Below, one piece after another: positions 35,027 through 47,696 of a DNA stretch of 64,000 bases; positions within the stretch are counted from its first letter, which is position 1; each line of letters begins with the position of its first letter. Where the stretch lies: the NCBI GenBank assembly GCA_010909165.1, contig MU008165.1, forward strand, positions 1,488,001 to 1,552,000, in the 5' to 3' direction. The notes beneath the pieces were generated by a model. That model did not search any database and was not told where the DNA came from. It saw only the letters and a list, made by a program, of their open reading frames with translations. The position numbers and the translations under genes were made by a program. The DNA comes from Anthoceros angustus (lineage: Eukaryota; Plantae; Anthocerotophyta).

Positions 35027-37673
35027 CACGATAATTTTGCAAGGGGGGGAATATACCCGATGGGGGTTTACTGGCTTTTATCCTTCGAAGAGGGTTTCTG
35101 GGTCTAAAACTAGCCTGTCATGGCATGCTCTAAAAATTTATCACAAAATCATGGTGTCACACCATTGGTTGCATTGTTTTCATGAACGGCTGAGGCATGT
35201 GAAGGGTTTAGGCTTTCCACAACACATCGATTTCCGCATAATTGAACCCACGTGGTTGACCATTCTTGGCGGTGTTACGCATAAATATTGCCTTTCAACT
35301 AAGGCACTATGTAAAACACCAAAAGAAGACCCGGTAGTAGTCGCTTGTATACTACACTTTGGGCATATACAGGAAAGGGCGCCGGCCGCGCCTTTCCCGC
35401 ATACCTCCGAGTTTGGGGTTTAGGTCAAAGTTCTCGTCGTTCTCACTTCCCACACGCACAATGTCCTTCGCGTATGTGATAGAGTACAATTTACATCGGA
35501 TTCCCATTGATATGCAAATGGAACCCTCTTGAAGCACCTTCATTCGATTTTTACCGCCCACATGGTTGTCACCAAACCGAATGCCGCAAGCCCTTGTCAC
35601 AAGGTCATGTTTCCATTTGCATTCCACTACATCATCGAGGTGAAGTCCTTCAAAGCAAATGACCGCCTCAGAAAGGGGCTTGTACTTCATGCACACTATT
35701 TCAATACCATACAAGTTAACCAAATCAGCTGTTGCTTTAAAATATTTTTAAAATATATAGAGTAAGTGGGATTAGTTCCCCTCAAAACCAGGGCCCCAAA
35801 CCTCAAAGTAATGTTATGTTCCACATTTTGGCGGGTACCTAAACATGCCCATATATTCTTCGAAAACGAAGTTGCACATTGTACAGTACGAATTAATGAA
35901 AGTAAGTTCATAGGTTTTTTCGAAAATGGGTGCAATCGTGGCATGAGAGAAGAATTTCAAAATACGCATCCATAAAGAGGATGCTGGCTGGCCGGCGCCC
36001 TCCCCATGCACGCCCTCCCTATGGGCGCCGGCCGGCCGGCGCCCTCCCCATGCCGGCCGGCGCCCTCCCCATGCACGCCTTCCCCATGGGCTGCCTTTGA
36101 TAAAATAAATAATTGGCGCTTCAAGTGATTTGTGGCTTGGGGTAGTTACTCAAGTGGTTGGATAGAGAGATTAGTAAGTAGTAGGTTTGATTAAAACCTC
36201 TACTCCTCATGTACATCAACTTTGTTGATTTTTAAGGGCATCCTTTGAATTAAAGGATTCTGTCCTTAAGGACGCATTCACGAGTCCTTATTTTGGCCAG
36301 CATAGTTAAGAATTTGTAGTTTTAAACCCAAAATCATAGCAAATATCTTTCAATCGTTGATCGCGAGTTTGAAATTACTCGTAATATTATATTAATGGTC
36401 TCAAATTATAAAAGAATCAAAATGGTGAAGAGGGCTACGGCTCACTCAAGTTTCTACCATTTTATGGAGCTCATTGAAGGCCGCGACCATTGTATTGTAG
36501 AGGTCATAGCTCCTGGGCATGTGCTTCAGTCCTGGACACCATCTTTGCGATCGAACAAGGCTGTACATTGTGATTTTACATGTGAAAGATGTCATATTTT
36601 GCTCATTCAATTTGAAACATACATTCAAATGGTTGAGGGAATGTGTTACTAGTACTTGTTCGATAAAGGCAATGATTCAAACCCGTGAAAGCCAAAACCC
36701 AGCCGTGAAGCGTCCTCGTAAACCAAAAGCGGCATAGGCTACGACCACAGTGCCACGCTTACGCAAGTGCTTGATGAGGCGGGAGTTGGGGAGAACGAAA
36801 CGCCAAGTCCATGGGCAAGAACAATGGTTTTGATGACCCAGTGGGCGCATGTGGAACTTAGAAGTGGTCATACATTCGATGTTGGCTCAAGGCCGTATGA
36901 GTTCTGATTGGTCCCCATGAGGACCATTCCGGCGTAACGCTTGCATGCTCGTTTTAAAGTTTACCGTTTTGTCCCGATCGTTGTGGGCCGCCATGTCGGC
37001 GTTCACACACAACTTTCGGTTTTGTTTCTTTCCAAAGTATAACCATGTTTAGTTTTGATATGAATTTATTGAATGGTGTCCATGAACACATCACGGAGGC
37101 GCGGCGCCTAGATAGGCTCTCTATCATGTCAATGGAAAGAATGCACTTTCGATTGTGGATGGAATAAAGAGGCTAATGTCATTTTGAAGACCTAGGGTTT
37201 AAATCCTCTTTTAAGGACTGTGTCAATTTCACGAAGGGGATCTTCCGTAATTATGGTGTTGGTGGAACGAATGCGTAATTTAGCAATGGTGTTGGATTCG
37301 TATCCGCTCGAGCCGGATGAGTCCTAGCGTAGCCCGTCATATTCCTCCATTCTAAAGTAGAGACTCAAAACATTGGATTGACGGTGAAAGATCCATTTTT
37401 TGTGGTATAGATAGTCCACCGAGTTCCCCACAAAATAGTACAAGGCTTGAGTGTTGTGATAGACACATTAGGGCGGCCGCGGCCGGCACGATGGGTCATT
37501 GTAGTGGAGGCAACTGGTAAACATTTGATGTGTAAGTGTATGTACCCCAGGAATGGGGGTGATGTTTTTAACCTGACGTAAAAAAGCTATTTTTGGACTG
37601 GGCAGTGTTTGGTCAAGAGGGTCCGACCCCAGAAGAAGAGGGTTTGTATATTCCCCCTTGCAAAATTATCGTG
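35027..37673. mobile_element. CMC/EnSpm-like element with CACGA termini and decayed transposase (minus strand)
   Basis: About 28-bp TIR CACGATAATTTTGCAAGGGGG..AATATAC at both ends. Internal YCTMCNFVFEEYMGMFRYPPKCGT resembles the CACTA transposase N-terminus. No TSD match. Confidence 0.7.
35985..36090. repeat. GC-rich tandem repeat (GGCCGGCGCCCTCCCCATGC-like)
   Basis: Three full copies plus partial copies, read directly. Confidence 0.85.
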
Positions 37674-38584
37674 TTATTACATTGTGGGTGCAGTTGGTCA
37701 CTTTAGGTAGGGAGCTCAGTTGCTCCTCTTCACTCCGACCCCCGGGTCCCCATTTGTTGTCCCCTCCTAGATGGTCTCTTTCCATCGTTCTTTCACCTCA
37801 ATAAATCATCCATTTCTTGTTTGAAAGCTACTACTCTACTCTCTCTAAGCAGCTTTAAAAAACTTTTACCTATCATAGAGGAAAAAGCTTAGCTTATGAG
37901 TCTTCAATCACAGCTAAAAGTCTATTGTGCTTTGAAATAATCAATTCTTTTTTTCTTTTTTTTAAATTTTTTAGTAAAAAAATCTCATTTAGGGAGGTGA
38001 AACTAACATGAATGTATGTTTCAAAAGGTCCCAAATATCATTTAGCCAAAAGTCCCATTTTTTATACTGTGGACTAAAGGGAGTAGGATGAGAGGTTCCA
38101 TTTAGAGAGGAATCCCATTTATAGAGTTCCCAATTAGGGGGTGCTGATTGTAGGTGGTGCTTCCATGCCGGCCCTTAATGGTGCACGTCAACATATCTAT
38201 TGGCCCGCTCAGTTCGGATTTAGAACAATTGTATTATTGCCGGCTCCTCCAACTCGTCATGCGTGTGTGTGGGGACGTGGGGCCCACCATTCACACTCAC
38301 GTAGCCGGTCGAAAGCAAGTGCCACGTGAGAACATGCCTACATCCATATCTCATGTGGTCGGCAGCGTGTGACATGCATGCACATGCCTCCATCCATATG
38401 TACCTCATGCACTACATTCTGTATAATGTATATGCATTCACGATGAACTCGTATATGCCATGTACGCTCTAGTCTTAAGTCCCTGGGATACCATTTATCA
38501 CAGTTGGTGGGCTACATTCAAATCATTGCGTGAGCCATTTCAAATTACGTTTTTAGACATGGGTGTCCCTATCCACGACCAAAT

Positions 38585-39110
38585 TATGATACAGATGGCT
38601 CATTTTGAAGCCTACGCTAAGAGCATTATGTCTCATCAAGACTCAAAATATAAGGGTATGTATGGAGACCAAAATAAATATTCAAAGAAAGGGCTGATTT
38701 GTATCTTCTTCAATACATAGGAAGAAGTTTGTTTCAAAATATAAGGGTATGTATGGAGACCAAAATAAACATTCAAAGAAAGGGCTGATTTGTATCTTCT
38801 TCAATACATAGGAAGAAGTTTGTTTTACGATATCAAGATACAGATAACTTATTTTGAATCCTACACTAAGAGCTTTCTTTCTAATCCTATCTTAGAGCAT
38901 AAGAACAAATATAGAGGCGGAAATAAACATTCAAACGATTCACAGCAAAAGGTCAGTTTGTTCTCTTCTCTTACACATACCTAGAAGTGTGCTCAATCTT
39001 ATCATGATACAAATGGCTCATTTTCCAACTTGAATTGAGAGCGTTCTTCCAAATCAAGCTTTGGGGTCTTCGGGCAAGTATGAAGACCGCAATAAGCACT
39101 TAAAAGCATG
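38585..39110. repeat. Degenerate ~170-bp tandem repeat (x3) containing a near-exact ~90-bp duplication (38645-38825)
   Basis: GATACAGATGGCTCATTTTG-like heads at ~38588, 38837 and 39006. The AAAATATAAGGGTATGTATGGAGACC... block occurs twice. Confidence 0.8.
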
Positions 39111-40029
39111 ACGACAACAAATGTGTTGCTGAGCAGGCTCACACTTGATTCTCATTTCGCATTTGACTGTGCACATCTTCTTCCTCCTCACTTTCTATGG
39201 ATGCTTCCAGCTAGTGCAAGCTCGAAAATAGCGTGGTTACATGCATTTAGATTGCATACGCATGCCCCAATAACTACATCAGTGCTGCAAAAATCTTTTC
39301 CTCCAAAGGCAGACCAATATCTAGTGTGCCTGGGCTAAGACCACATGTTTTGTCTGCGAATGATGTTGCAGCTCGCCCTTTTGTCGGTCTCCTTTTAGAA
39401 CAAGACAAGAAACGAGTGGTCCCTATTGTCTCCGTGGAGCAAGTCCTCCACTCTCTCTCGATGAACAATGACAAAATTAGACAACAGTGGAGTGCATTTT
39501 CCTTGAGTCAATACTTCTCTATCAATAACAACAAGAGATCTTGTCAAATGAAGGATTGTGTTGAGACCTGGCGGTGGGTCCAATACTTCCCACTCGATCG
39601 GTAGTGAGAGACCAGCTGACACGTCTACACTCATATAGCTTGACCTCAACACACGATGGATGAGCGTTCACAATAAGTGTGAGGTTGGTAATGTCGCACA
39701 CGAGTTTGAAACATGGAGCCCCGTGCGTTCGATATTAGGGTTCATGGCATGGATGTGAACCATCCGTGAACGGGATTTCAGTCTTCAGAGTGTAAGTGGT
39801 GGGCCCAGCAGACGCCCGCATTAACAACTTGACGAATTTTATCAATCGGGCTATTATCAGAGATTCATAGTTCTTAAGGTGCAGAGGTGTGTCTAATAAG
39901 TAAAAACTACAACCACAGGGATAAGTTGGTGCTTCCAACTACCTTAGCACTCGAAGGGGCGATAGTGGCGGCCCAGAATGGGGCGCGTCAATGTATCTAT
40001 TGGCTGCTCAGCCTCTGGACCATCTTAAA

Positions 40030-41600
40030 CTACCTGTGAACGGAGACTCCGTCCCTCCCCCACAGTTCCGCCTACACCCCCTCCACTCCTCTCGAAAGCC
40101 TGGGACAAGTGGATGTTCCACAGGGGGAGGCAGCCGCTCATGTGGTGAAAAGCGGCAGCCGTATGTCCCACCGCCGTTCGTCTACCATGTCTACCGCACC
40201 AGAGGCATGAAGGAAATGCACGCATTGATCCTTACCCGAAACCAGGGAAAGCTCAGGGAACGGTAGCTTGGGTGAAAGAGGAGTGCCTGAGATGGCCAGA
40301 TCGGCCTTGAGCTGCTCGCGTAAAGCAAGTGCGCTTAGTTCCAGCAACGTGGAGAAGGACTCGGTCTGATGTTCGGAACATGAACAGATTTCGTTCATTA
40401 CGGCATATTCAACCTCCAATTAGCGAGGCTCTCCAATTACCATCATCAAGCCCTCATCCTCCATCCGAACTCCATCTCTCATGAGATTCCACTTGGTCTA
40501 CATAAGGATCAATCCGAGCCTTACAGTGGACATAAAAATGAACGGCGGAAACCAATGCGGCTGCAGCTGCTCACCGCCATCGGCAAATGCCCCACCCTGA
40601 GGAACGTCCGAGAACATAAACCTCTCAGTCATACCATGACGGCCATAGCGGCAAACGTAGAATACCGTGGCAGCCAACATAGAGTACCATAGCAGCCCAC
40701 AGAGAGTACCATGCCGGCCAGCCCAGAGTCAACAACCACAGCATGGAGGAGGTAGAGGGGATGGAAGCAACCCACCTGGTCGCGCTCCATCCAAGAGAGT
40801 GCATAACCCTTCTAGATCCTCAATCTTATTCCATGGCGAAGACACTGGAAGGCTGATGGCTCTCAGCTACTAAGTTCGCAACGGACACCTAAATGCTGCC
40901 TTCTGGACATCCACCATGAGGCTATGGAACGAACAAATTGATGACTTGGGTGTACTAGCAACCAGAAACGGGCCTCTTGGAATCAAAGACGTGCATCTGC
41001 TGAGAAAGTGTTATCATCCAAACTTGGATCCGGCCAATCTCATCAGCGTCCATGAAAAAATTAGCTCAGTATTTGATGACAACATCAACTCAGGATTGAG
41101 ACAGCTGTGCAGCACCTTGAGATCATTCACAGATCCCAGCAATTCAATACACTGCACATAGTCTCCGTCTCTTGACCTGCTAGTACCAGCCTGTTCATCC
41201 GACATCTGGAAACCAATGGCACCGCTTTTCCATCTACATTTGAACCGCTGGTAAAACGGCTCCACATTATATCGAGCTACATGACCATGCAGGTGCTAAC
41301 CCAGCTACAATCGAAGAGACACCAGGATAATATAGGAAACTCCTGTGAAAGCCTTCAACCACAGCTTTGCATTTGCTAGCAAGATTGAATCACTAAAAAA
41401 AGAGAGCTATCTCAAGCTTGATGAAGTCCAACATTTGATATCAAAGAAGTATGAGGCATCCTCCCGAACATGGGTGAAGGAATTCCAGCGCCTAGTTGAA
41501 TAGGCTCTTACCTCGATCAGAATCAACAAACACGTTCCAATACAGCTCATCGCACTTGGACAATACGGTGAAGTAGTTCTGGAGGGTAGAAAGCAGCACC
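40030..41600 (-). pseudogene. Intronless decayed ORF of unknown family
   Basis: ORFs 41014-41265, 40498-40680 and 40138-40419 share one frame and are separated only by scattered stops. Confidence 0.4.
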
Positions 41601-41738
41601 GAAATACTTGTCAGCTTCCACCCTACTGAAGTAAAAGGTAGACCTGGAATCAAAGCTTAACCATGGTAGGTTGAGTCCAATGTACCACGCAGAGCTGGAA
41701 GAAACGGGCGACTTTGGAACTCCTTCACAGCGAGCCCG

Positions 41739-42281
41739 CTAGAACGCCGATCCACTGCCTTTCTTCTGTCCTAAAAGGTGGTCCTTGGCCTCATTTATTT
41801 TCGAAGCCAAGTAATGGCTTCCACCAGCATCCGGGTGATTGGCAGCAATCACACGTCTGTGCGCTTCTTTGACCTTTTCCTGAGCCACGCTTACCCTGCC
41901 GTACACAGCGATCAATCAGTCCCAAGCCATCGACAGCATGTAAGATGGCGTCCGCTTGCAGCGCATTGCCCTCCCAACGTGGCTACAGCAGGAAAGGATT
42001 ACAGATTTTTCACCTTACGCCAAGGATCAAGGCCGCTTCCCTTTTCGTCATAACCGGCTGAAACCCTCCGTCATAGAATCTGCGGAGACGAGGTACCGCA
42101 GGTCTTGTCTTGAAAGCATGCCAGGCTTCTATGCCGTACTTGCCAGCCATGGCCGCCGCAGCCACAGCCACGCCAGCAATCAAGGGTGCCAAAGCCTGCA
42201 CAGCAGATGAAGAGCATCAGTCAGAAAAACCCTCGAGTCACCAAAAGCATGACCTGAACTGTGAATCAACATCCTCACCAT
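41739..42281 (-). CDS. PAM18: Mitochondrial import J-protein PAM18/TIM14, 3 coding exons (the first is ATG only)
   Basis: [64 protein letters not shown]. Confidence 0.95.
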
Positions 42282-42528
42282 GTCCCTGGCGGCACAGTGC
42301 AGCGGCTGCTTAGAAGACAGTGCGAGTCCTGCAAAGGATCCTCCGAAGACTGCACGTCAGCGCGAAGGTATTGAAACGGGGCCCCGAGGAAGATATACTG
42401 TGAGCTGCGTGAGGGGCGGAAGAGTGCTTGGAAGGGAATGCTGGATTCGAGAAGGGGAGGCGGACGAGAGTGCTTCGAAGGGAATGCTGGATTCGAGAAG
42501 CAAACCACTAAATAGTGAGTGTTTTCTA

Positions 42529-42628
42529 CGAGACTAGAAGTAAAGTGGAAACTTCTGTAACAAGCAAGAGTAATAGGTCGAGACTAGAAGTAAAGTGGAA
42601 ACTTCTGTAACAAGCAAGAGTAATAGGT
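42529..42628. repeat. Exact 50-bp tandem duplication overlapping the tRNA 3' end
   Basis: CGAGACTAGAAGTAAAGTGGAAACTTCTGTAACAAGCAAGAGTAATAGGT occurs twice. Confidence 0.92.
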
Positions 42629-42696
42629 CCCACCGAGATTTGAACTCGGGTTACTGGATTCAAAGTCCAGTGTCCTAACCACTAGACCATAGGACC
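42625..42696 (-). tRNA. trnQ-UUG: tRNA-Gln(UUG)
   Basis: GGTCCTATGGTCTAGTGGTTAGGACACTGGACTTTGAATCCAGTAACCCGAGTTCAAATCTCGGTGGGACCT forms a full cloverleaf with A and B boxes. Upstream AT-rich tract and CAA motif. Confidence 0.97.
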
Positions 42697-43294
42697 AACA
42701 CAACCACCTTTTGATAAATAAACATAATATTCACAATGAAAAACGCCGGGTGCCTAAAGGGAGTGGATGCCGTTGGCACATATTTTGCTTTTCTCATTTT
42801 CCTAAGCTCTTTGGACACTCTCTCTCTAAGCTTTTTGACGATCGGCAGGCTTTGTTGGACTCCTTATATGTTTTCTCCCTTTTTTTCTTTTTTTCTCTTT
42901 TTCCCTCTTTTTCTTTTTTTCTCACCTTAAATAATTATTATCTTCTAGTTCAAATATATATATATGTGTACTCCATTTTTTTCCTCTTTTACATTATACT
43001 AGTTGTACACACAATCTTTATCCCATGATGTCCTTCCATCCTTAGCAGATATGAATAAAGTTGTTGGTGTTGTCCAAGTGAATTCTTATTCTTCACGTGT
43101 TCGTGTGTGGCTTTCCAAGGATCATGCCATAGGGAGAATTATTCCTTGATATTTACGGACTATAAATATTTCTAGGGCGGACGAAGCATGTGGTACTGGG
43201 CGTAGTAACCGAGGGATGGCTCCTTCTCCTTAGTAGACCAACGCCATTCCCATGTGGAGAGGTGTAAAGTACCTAATTCTTTTGTAAACCTAAA

Positions 43295-45809
43295 CACTAC
43301 TAGAAACATAGGGTGTTTGTTACGCTTTTATGTTGCAGAGTTTGTTATGGCCCACATAATCGTTACAATTTTTGGTTTGGAGGAGGGGCATGTCATAATA
43401 GGCCATGTTTGTTACGCTGCAATATAACACTTGTGCCTTCAATATTGGGGGCTGCTTGTCCCCATTGCCCAAATTCTCCACCCTTTTCATTTTCTTGTGT
43501 TAAAAAATAGCTATCCCACGGGTATCCACAGGGCCCATGTGTTTTCCTTTCCCATCCGCCGCCGTCACACCTTTTAAAATACATGCCACAACTTGTACGT
43601 GTTCACTGCCAGCATTCTCTCTAAGCTACATTTCCCAATGCCATGCGTAAAGGCTTGAAACGGTCGTGGCATGTGCTATTGCAGGCTGGAAGGATCATCG
43701 GAGCCATTTTCTAATACGATTCCTTCTCTCCTATCCCCCTCTGCAAAGAACAACATCGGAATTGCTGAGAGGTGCTTAATCATCTCTTGTAGACGAGGAA
43801 CTGATCAACCTTTCAGCGATGGGAAGGAGCATGTTCCAAACCATTGTTTCAGCCCCTCCCGGTGCCGGTGCGCCACGGCATGGGATCTTCCTTTGTGAGA
43901 CGACCGCTCCATGTGCGCCCTGTTAAAAGGGCCTTATGACCAACCAAGGTCTTCCGCTCCCCGCTCACGTGGCATGTCTGAAAAACGGCGAAGGCCACAA
44001 CAAACGAAGAGGAGCCCGAATCATGCTCCGCTTCGTTTGGAAGTTTGGCAGCTCGCAGTAGCAGTACGTCCCCTCACCCTTGGGACCCCAAGCCATGGCT
44101 CTCTTGTGTAACTTCAGAACTTTGATTGTAAGCATGTCTGTTAACCGTGTGTTATGCTGGTGTGCATCTTTGGATGATTGCGAAATCTGGCCTCAATGGA
44201 CTACTTAGGGAGAGAACTCGCTTCCTAAAATTGATAGAAGCCACTCTTTCATTCCGCATGAGCATGGGGAACGATGACGAGATTGGGACCCGTCATGAAA
44301 AACAAGGTTGGCAAACGTGCTAAGAACGTGTCATCCTGGCTTAGCAAGATCAGATTCACACGCCTTCTCCACTCAGCACTTTCACACCCTCGAACAACTG
44401 GTTCTCTTGATAATACTCTTCTGCAACAACACATCGCCTTCTCACCCACATTAGGAGAACCAACAATGCACAGTTCAAGGATGAATACCTTGTCATTATG
44501 CATTTAGGCTTCCAACAACAGAAATTCAGATACCAATTTTCTTTGTGCCACAGTGCTGGTAGAACTCCCCTTCGTGCACCTCCACAGTCACTGCCTCGGC
44601 AAGGCTTTGTATCCGGAACAAGTACGCATGTGATCGTCCAGCTAGCAGCCCATAAAGTAGTCCTCCAGCCAGTGTGTAGCAGGCCTCCACAATCATCTCT
44701 GCCGCCTCAAGGAGCTGGTAATGCCCTTCGTCATTGTATTTGAAGTCCGCATATCTCGCAAAATGGTCCACCCTATTGTACGTGAATAAAAACCTCGATT
44801 GCCACGTGAAGGAGTTGCAAATAGAGGTGGTACCTGCTCACAATAAGAACACTAAAGAAAATGCTAAAGAGTGTGACGTACTAGTATTAGAGCACTAGCG
44901 GCCCCCCTCTCAACTTTTTCCCTCTCCACCGTGTAAGGGCTGGTATTAATGGAGCCGAGTGGCACTCCGTGACTAATGGACGCTTCATCATGCCCCCACA
45001 AAATAACCCCAACCAAATTTAAAATAGCCCTCCTCGCCTCACATTTTGAAGAAAAATGCTTTACAACGTAATCTACAACAAGGGAACCACGTCATCAATC
45101 GCTGTAAATGGCCTCCTATCATATTTTTTGTGATTAATAACAATAATAAAGAGTTTAAAAAAAAATAAAGAACACATTTTGAGAAAATTAATTTACAACG
45201 TAATCTACAACAAGGGAGCCATGTCATCAATCGCTATTGTAAATGGCCTCCAATCATATTTTTGTGAATAATAATAATAATAATGAGTTAAAAAAATAAA
45301 GAACACATTTTGAGAAAAAGTTTTTACAACGTAATCTACAAGAAGGAAGCCACATCATCAATCGCTATTGTAAATGGCCTCAAATCATATTTTTCTGATT
45401 AATAATAATAACAAAGAGTTTTGAAGAAATAAAGAACAAATTTTGAGAAAAAGGCTTTTACAACGTAATCTACAACAAGGGAGCCACGTCATTGCATGCT
45501 TTTATAAATGGCTTCCAATCATATTTTTGTGATTAGTGATGTTAATAAATATTTTTAGAAAAATAAAGATCAAATTTTGAAAAAAGGGCTTTTACAACGT
45601 AATCTACAATGTGGGAGTCACGTCATTAATCCGTTGTTGTAAATGAGCACCCAAAAGAGTGCCACATCATCCAACTAGAAACCCCCGTTGTAAACCGAGT
45701 CTTAAAACTTGCCACATCAAATAAACTTAAACAAGGAGGTGTTTAGACGTTGTAAAGATTGGGGGATTTGCAAAAGGGGTTTTGTAAAACACCCCTCTCC
45801 CTAGTAGTG
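43295..45809. mobile_element. CACTA element (deleted derivative or composite) with transposase remnants
   Basis: CACTACTAG..GGGTGTTT at 43295 and its reverse complement ending at 45809. Minus-strand DUF4216-like fragments at 44250-44770. The 3-bp flanks (AAA/TTG) do not match. Confidence 0.7.
45040..45650. repeat. ~132-bp subterminal tandem repeat, about 5 copies
   Basis: Units start at ~45040, 45173, 45304, 45437 and 45571. Core TTTACAACGTAATCTACAA..CCACGTCAT. Confidence 0.9.
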
Positions 45810-46700
45810 TTGGCACCATCCACTGCCTGCCTCACAATGGTCACAAGGCCACATGCTATTGAAGGACTCGTAAGCATGGATCTCAGTGTATACTCTGGGC
45901 TTGTCCATAGCAAATACCGACGCTCATTCCAAAGGGGGCCACGTTCACGCACATAGATGTGTTTCCCTCACATCCACTTGTGGTACTGTGCCTCTTCCTG
46001 CAAAGATGTCCGCAAGTTCCCTCCAATCCACTGTGCCCGGTTAGATGCTGAGATCATTTCGCCGAGTTGGGCCTCCTTCTGCACAACCTATACATTGAAC
46101 TTGTGCGCCGACATCATGGCATCACAATACATTTTCTCCCTAGGAGTCTCAAACCTCAGCATTAAAATTATAATGTTCACGCCGCTTTTCCCTGTGAGTG
46201 CCTCACGCCTCAGAACGTAAATTGCGCCTCCTTGGCCCAGAAACCCCCCCAGGCCCAGCATGCCGCACACTACGGCCTTCGGTGGGTTCATCTGTCCGCA
46301 ACACCGGCAAAGGTCCATCCTCTTCCAAGCTAGCCCTTGCTGTCACAAATTTGTGATGCATTTCGGGCAACCCCTTTCCCTCCATCACCCGCACCACCCA
46401 TCTGCCCTTTTTGGGTGCCCACTCTTGCATACTCTAGATTTGCACGTCCCCAAAGCGGAATGCCCAGACATACACCTTCTCCTGGCCTTCGACCGGCCCC
46501 AAGTCGGTATTCTTCATCCGAGTCGGCGTTCACACCACTGCAAAGCCCCCGCTTACTTCGCAGTCCCTCTTGGTACTCAATGGGTGGGTTTGCCATGGCC
46601 AGCGAAACAAGCTGCTCCATGCGCTGTGTGTCGTTGATGGGCTGGGACAACTCTGGCATGTCGTACGCCAATGTCTCTGGTGTCTCCTCCACTTTTGGCA
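45810..46700 (-). mobile_element. Possible MULE/FAR1-like N-terminal remnant truncated by the CACTA element
   Basis: LRFETPREKMYCDAMMSAHKFNV and TTSGCEG loosely resemble the FAR1 DNA-binding domain. Stops and frameshifts present. Confidence 0.3.
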
Positions 46701-47099
46701 ACGCCGCAATAGCTCAGTGATTGGCAATCGTGCTGAATCAAGTTGGCTACAATGCAGAGAAGGACGCCAGGTTTTGCACAACCTTACTCAACACGAGGAA
46801 CATCATAAAATGATACTTTACTCCCAGACTGCAGCGCTGTCGCAACCTTTCATACAAGTTTTGTTCATACGCTTATTCAGCAAACCCCAAAATCACTGTC
46901 ACCGTTCCGAATTTTGGCAATGCCTTCGTGTCGTCCCAGGACGCAGCCACTCACAAAAACACCGCCCTCCCACTACCTTTCCTTGTTACTGCACATCGCC
47001 CGACAGAATATGAGAAGTTGACAAAGGCTAGTGAAAGATGTTGGACAATTGCTAACGGCTAGCATGATGTACCGCTATTCGACGCAGCGCCTTCGGTTT

Positions 47100-47570
47100 T
47101 AAGCTTCCTACTGATGGACTGCTGCTGGCCGCAGTTACAGAGGCTCTAGTGGTAGCAAGTTCGGTTCATCGGTTCCGTTGACACATTCAAGGCAAACAGA
47201 TCCCTTTTAGCAAGAACCTCTTTTCCGAAAGCATTATTTGCTGCAAGAACAAGCCCTGGACAATGTTAGCACCTCTTTTCCTGCAAAGAAAAGGAACGAT
47301 GGTCAGTCTGCACGTTCGTAGGTCCAAACCCAGGTCAAAGTCCGTTTCAAAAGACAACGTTGCGATGAGAGACGAGGAAAGACCATTCTCGTCTGACGTC
47401 AGCCATGAAGAGCACCCTCTAGTTCCCACTGAAATGAGTTAGCACCAACGTATGGGCATCTACAGGTTTTGCAAACTTCCCACTCATAGCTACCATATGT
47501 TGGACATTATATTAATCGCATACATTGCATGCTTATCAACCTATACGACGCAACACAGCGTTTGAACTGT
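47100..47570 (-). pseudogene. Decayed tandem duplicate of the tRNase Z 3' exons and introns
   Basis: Colinear with 49560-49908, then jumps to match 50920-50985. Confidence 0.85.
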
Positions 47571-47696
47571 TGCAGAAGGGTTTAGAGTGATTGAAATAGC
47601 AGAAACGGTGCTGTGATTGAAATGGTGGAAATGCTTGCAATGCTGGGATACATAGCCAAGGGCAAAGCTAGCCAAGGGAATGGCCCTTGTCATGTC

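Larger units (their letters stand above)
34015..38150. mobile_element. Tc1/mariner(pogo)-type non-autonomous element with TA TSD, expanded by nested insertions
   Basis: Left end TA|CAGTCCACACCCCCCCCTAATTGGGAC; right end GTTCCCAATTAGGGGGTGCTGATTG|TA (imperfect TIRs). Subterminal TCCCATT repeats at both ends. Confidence 0.7.
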
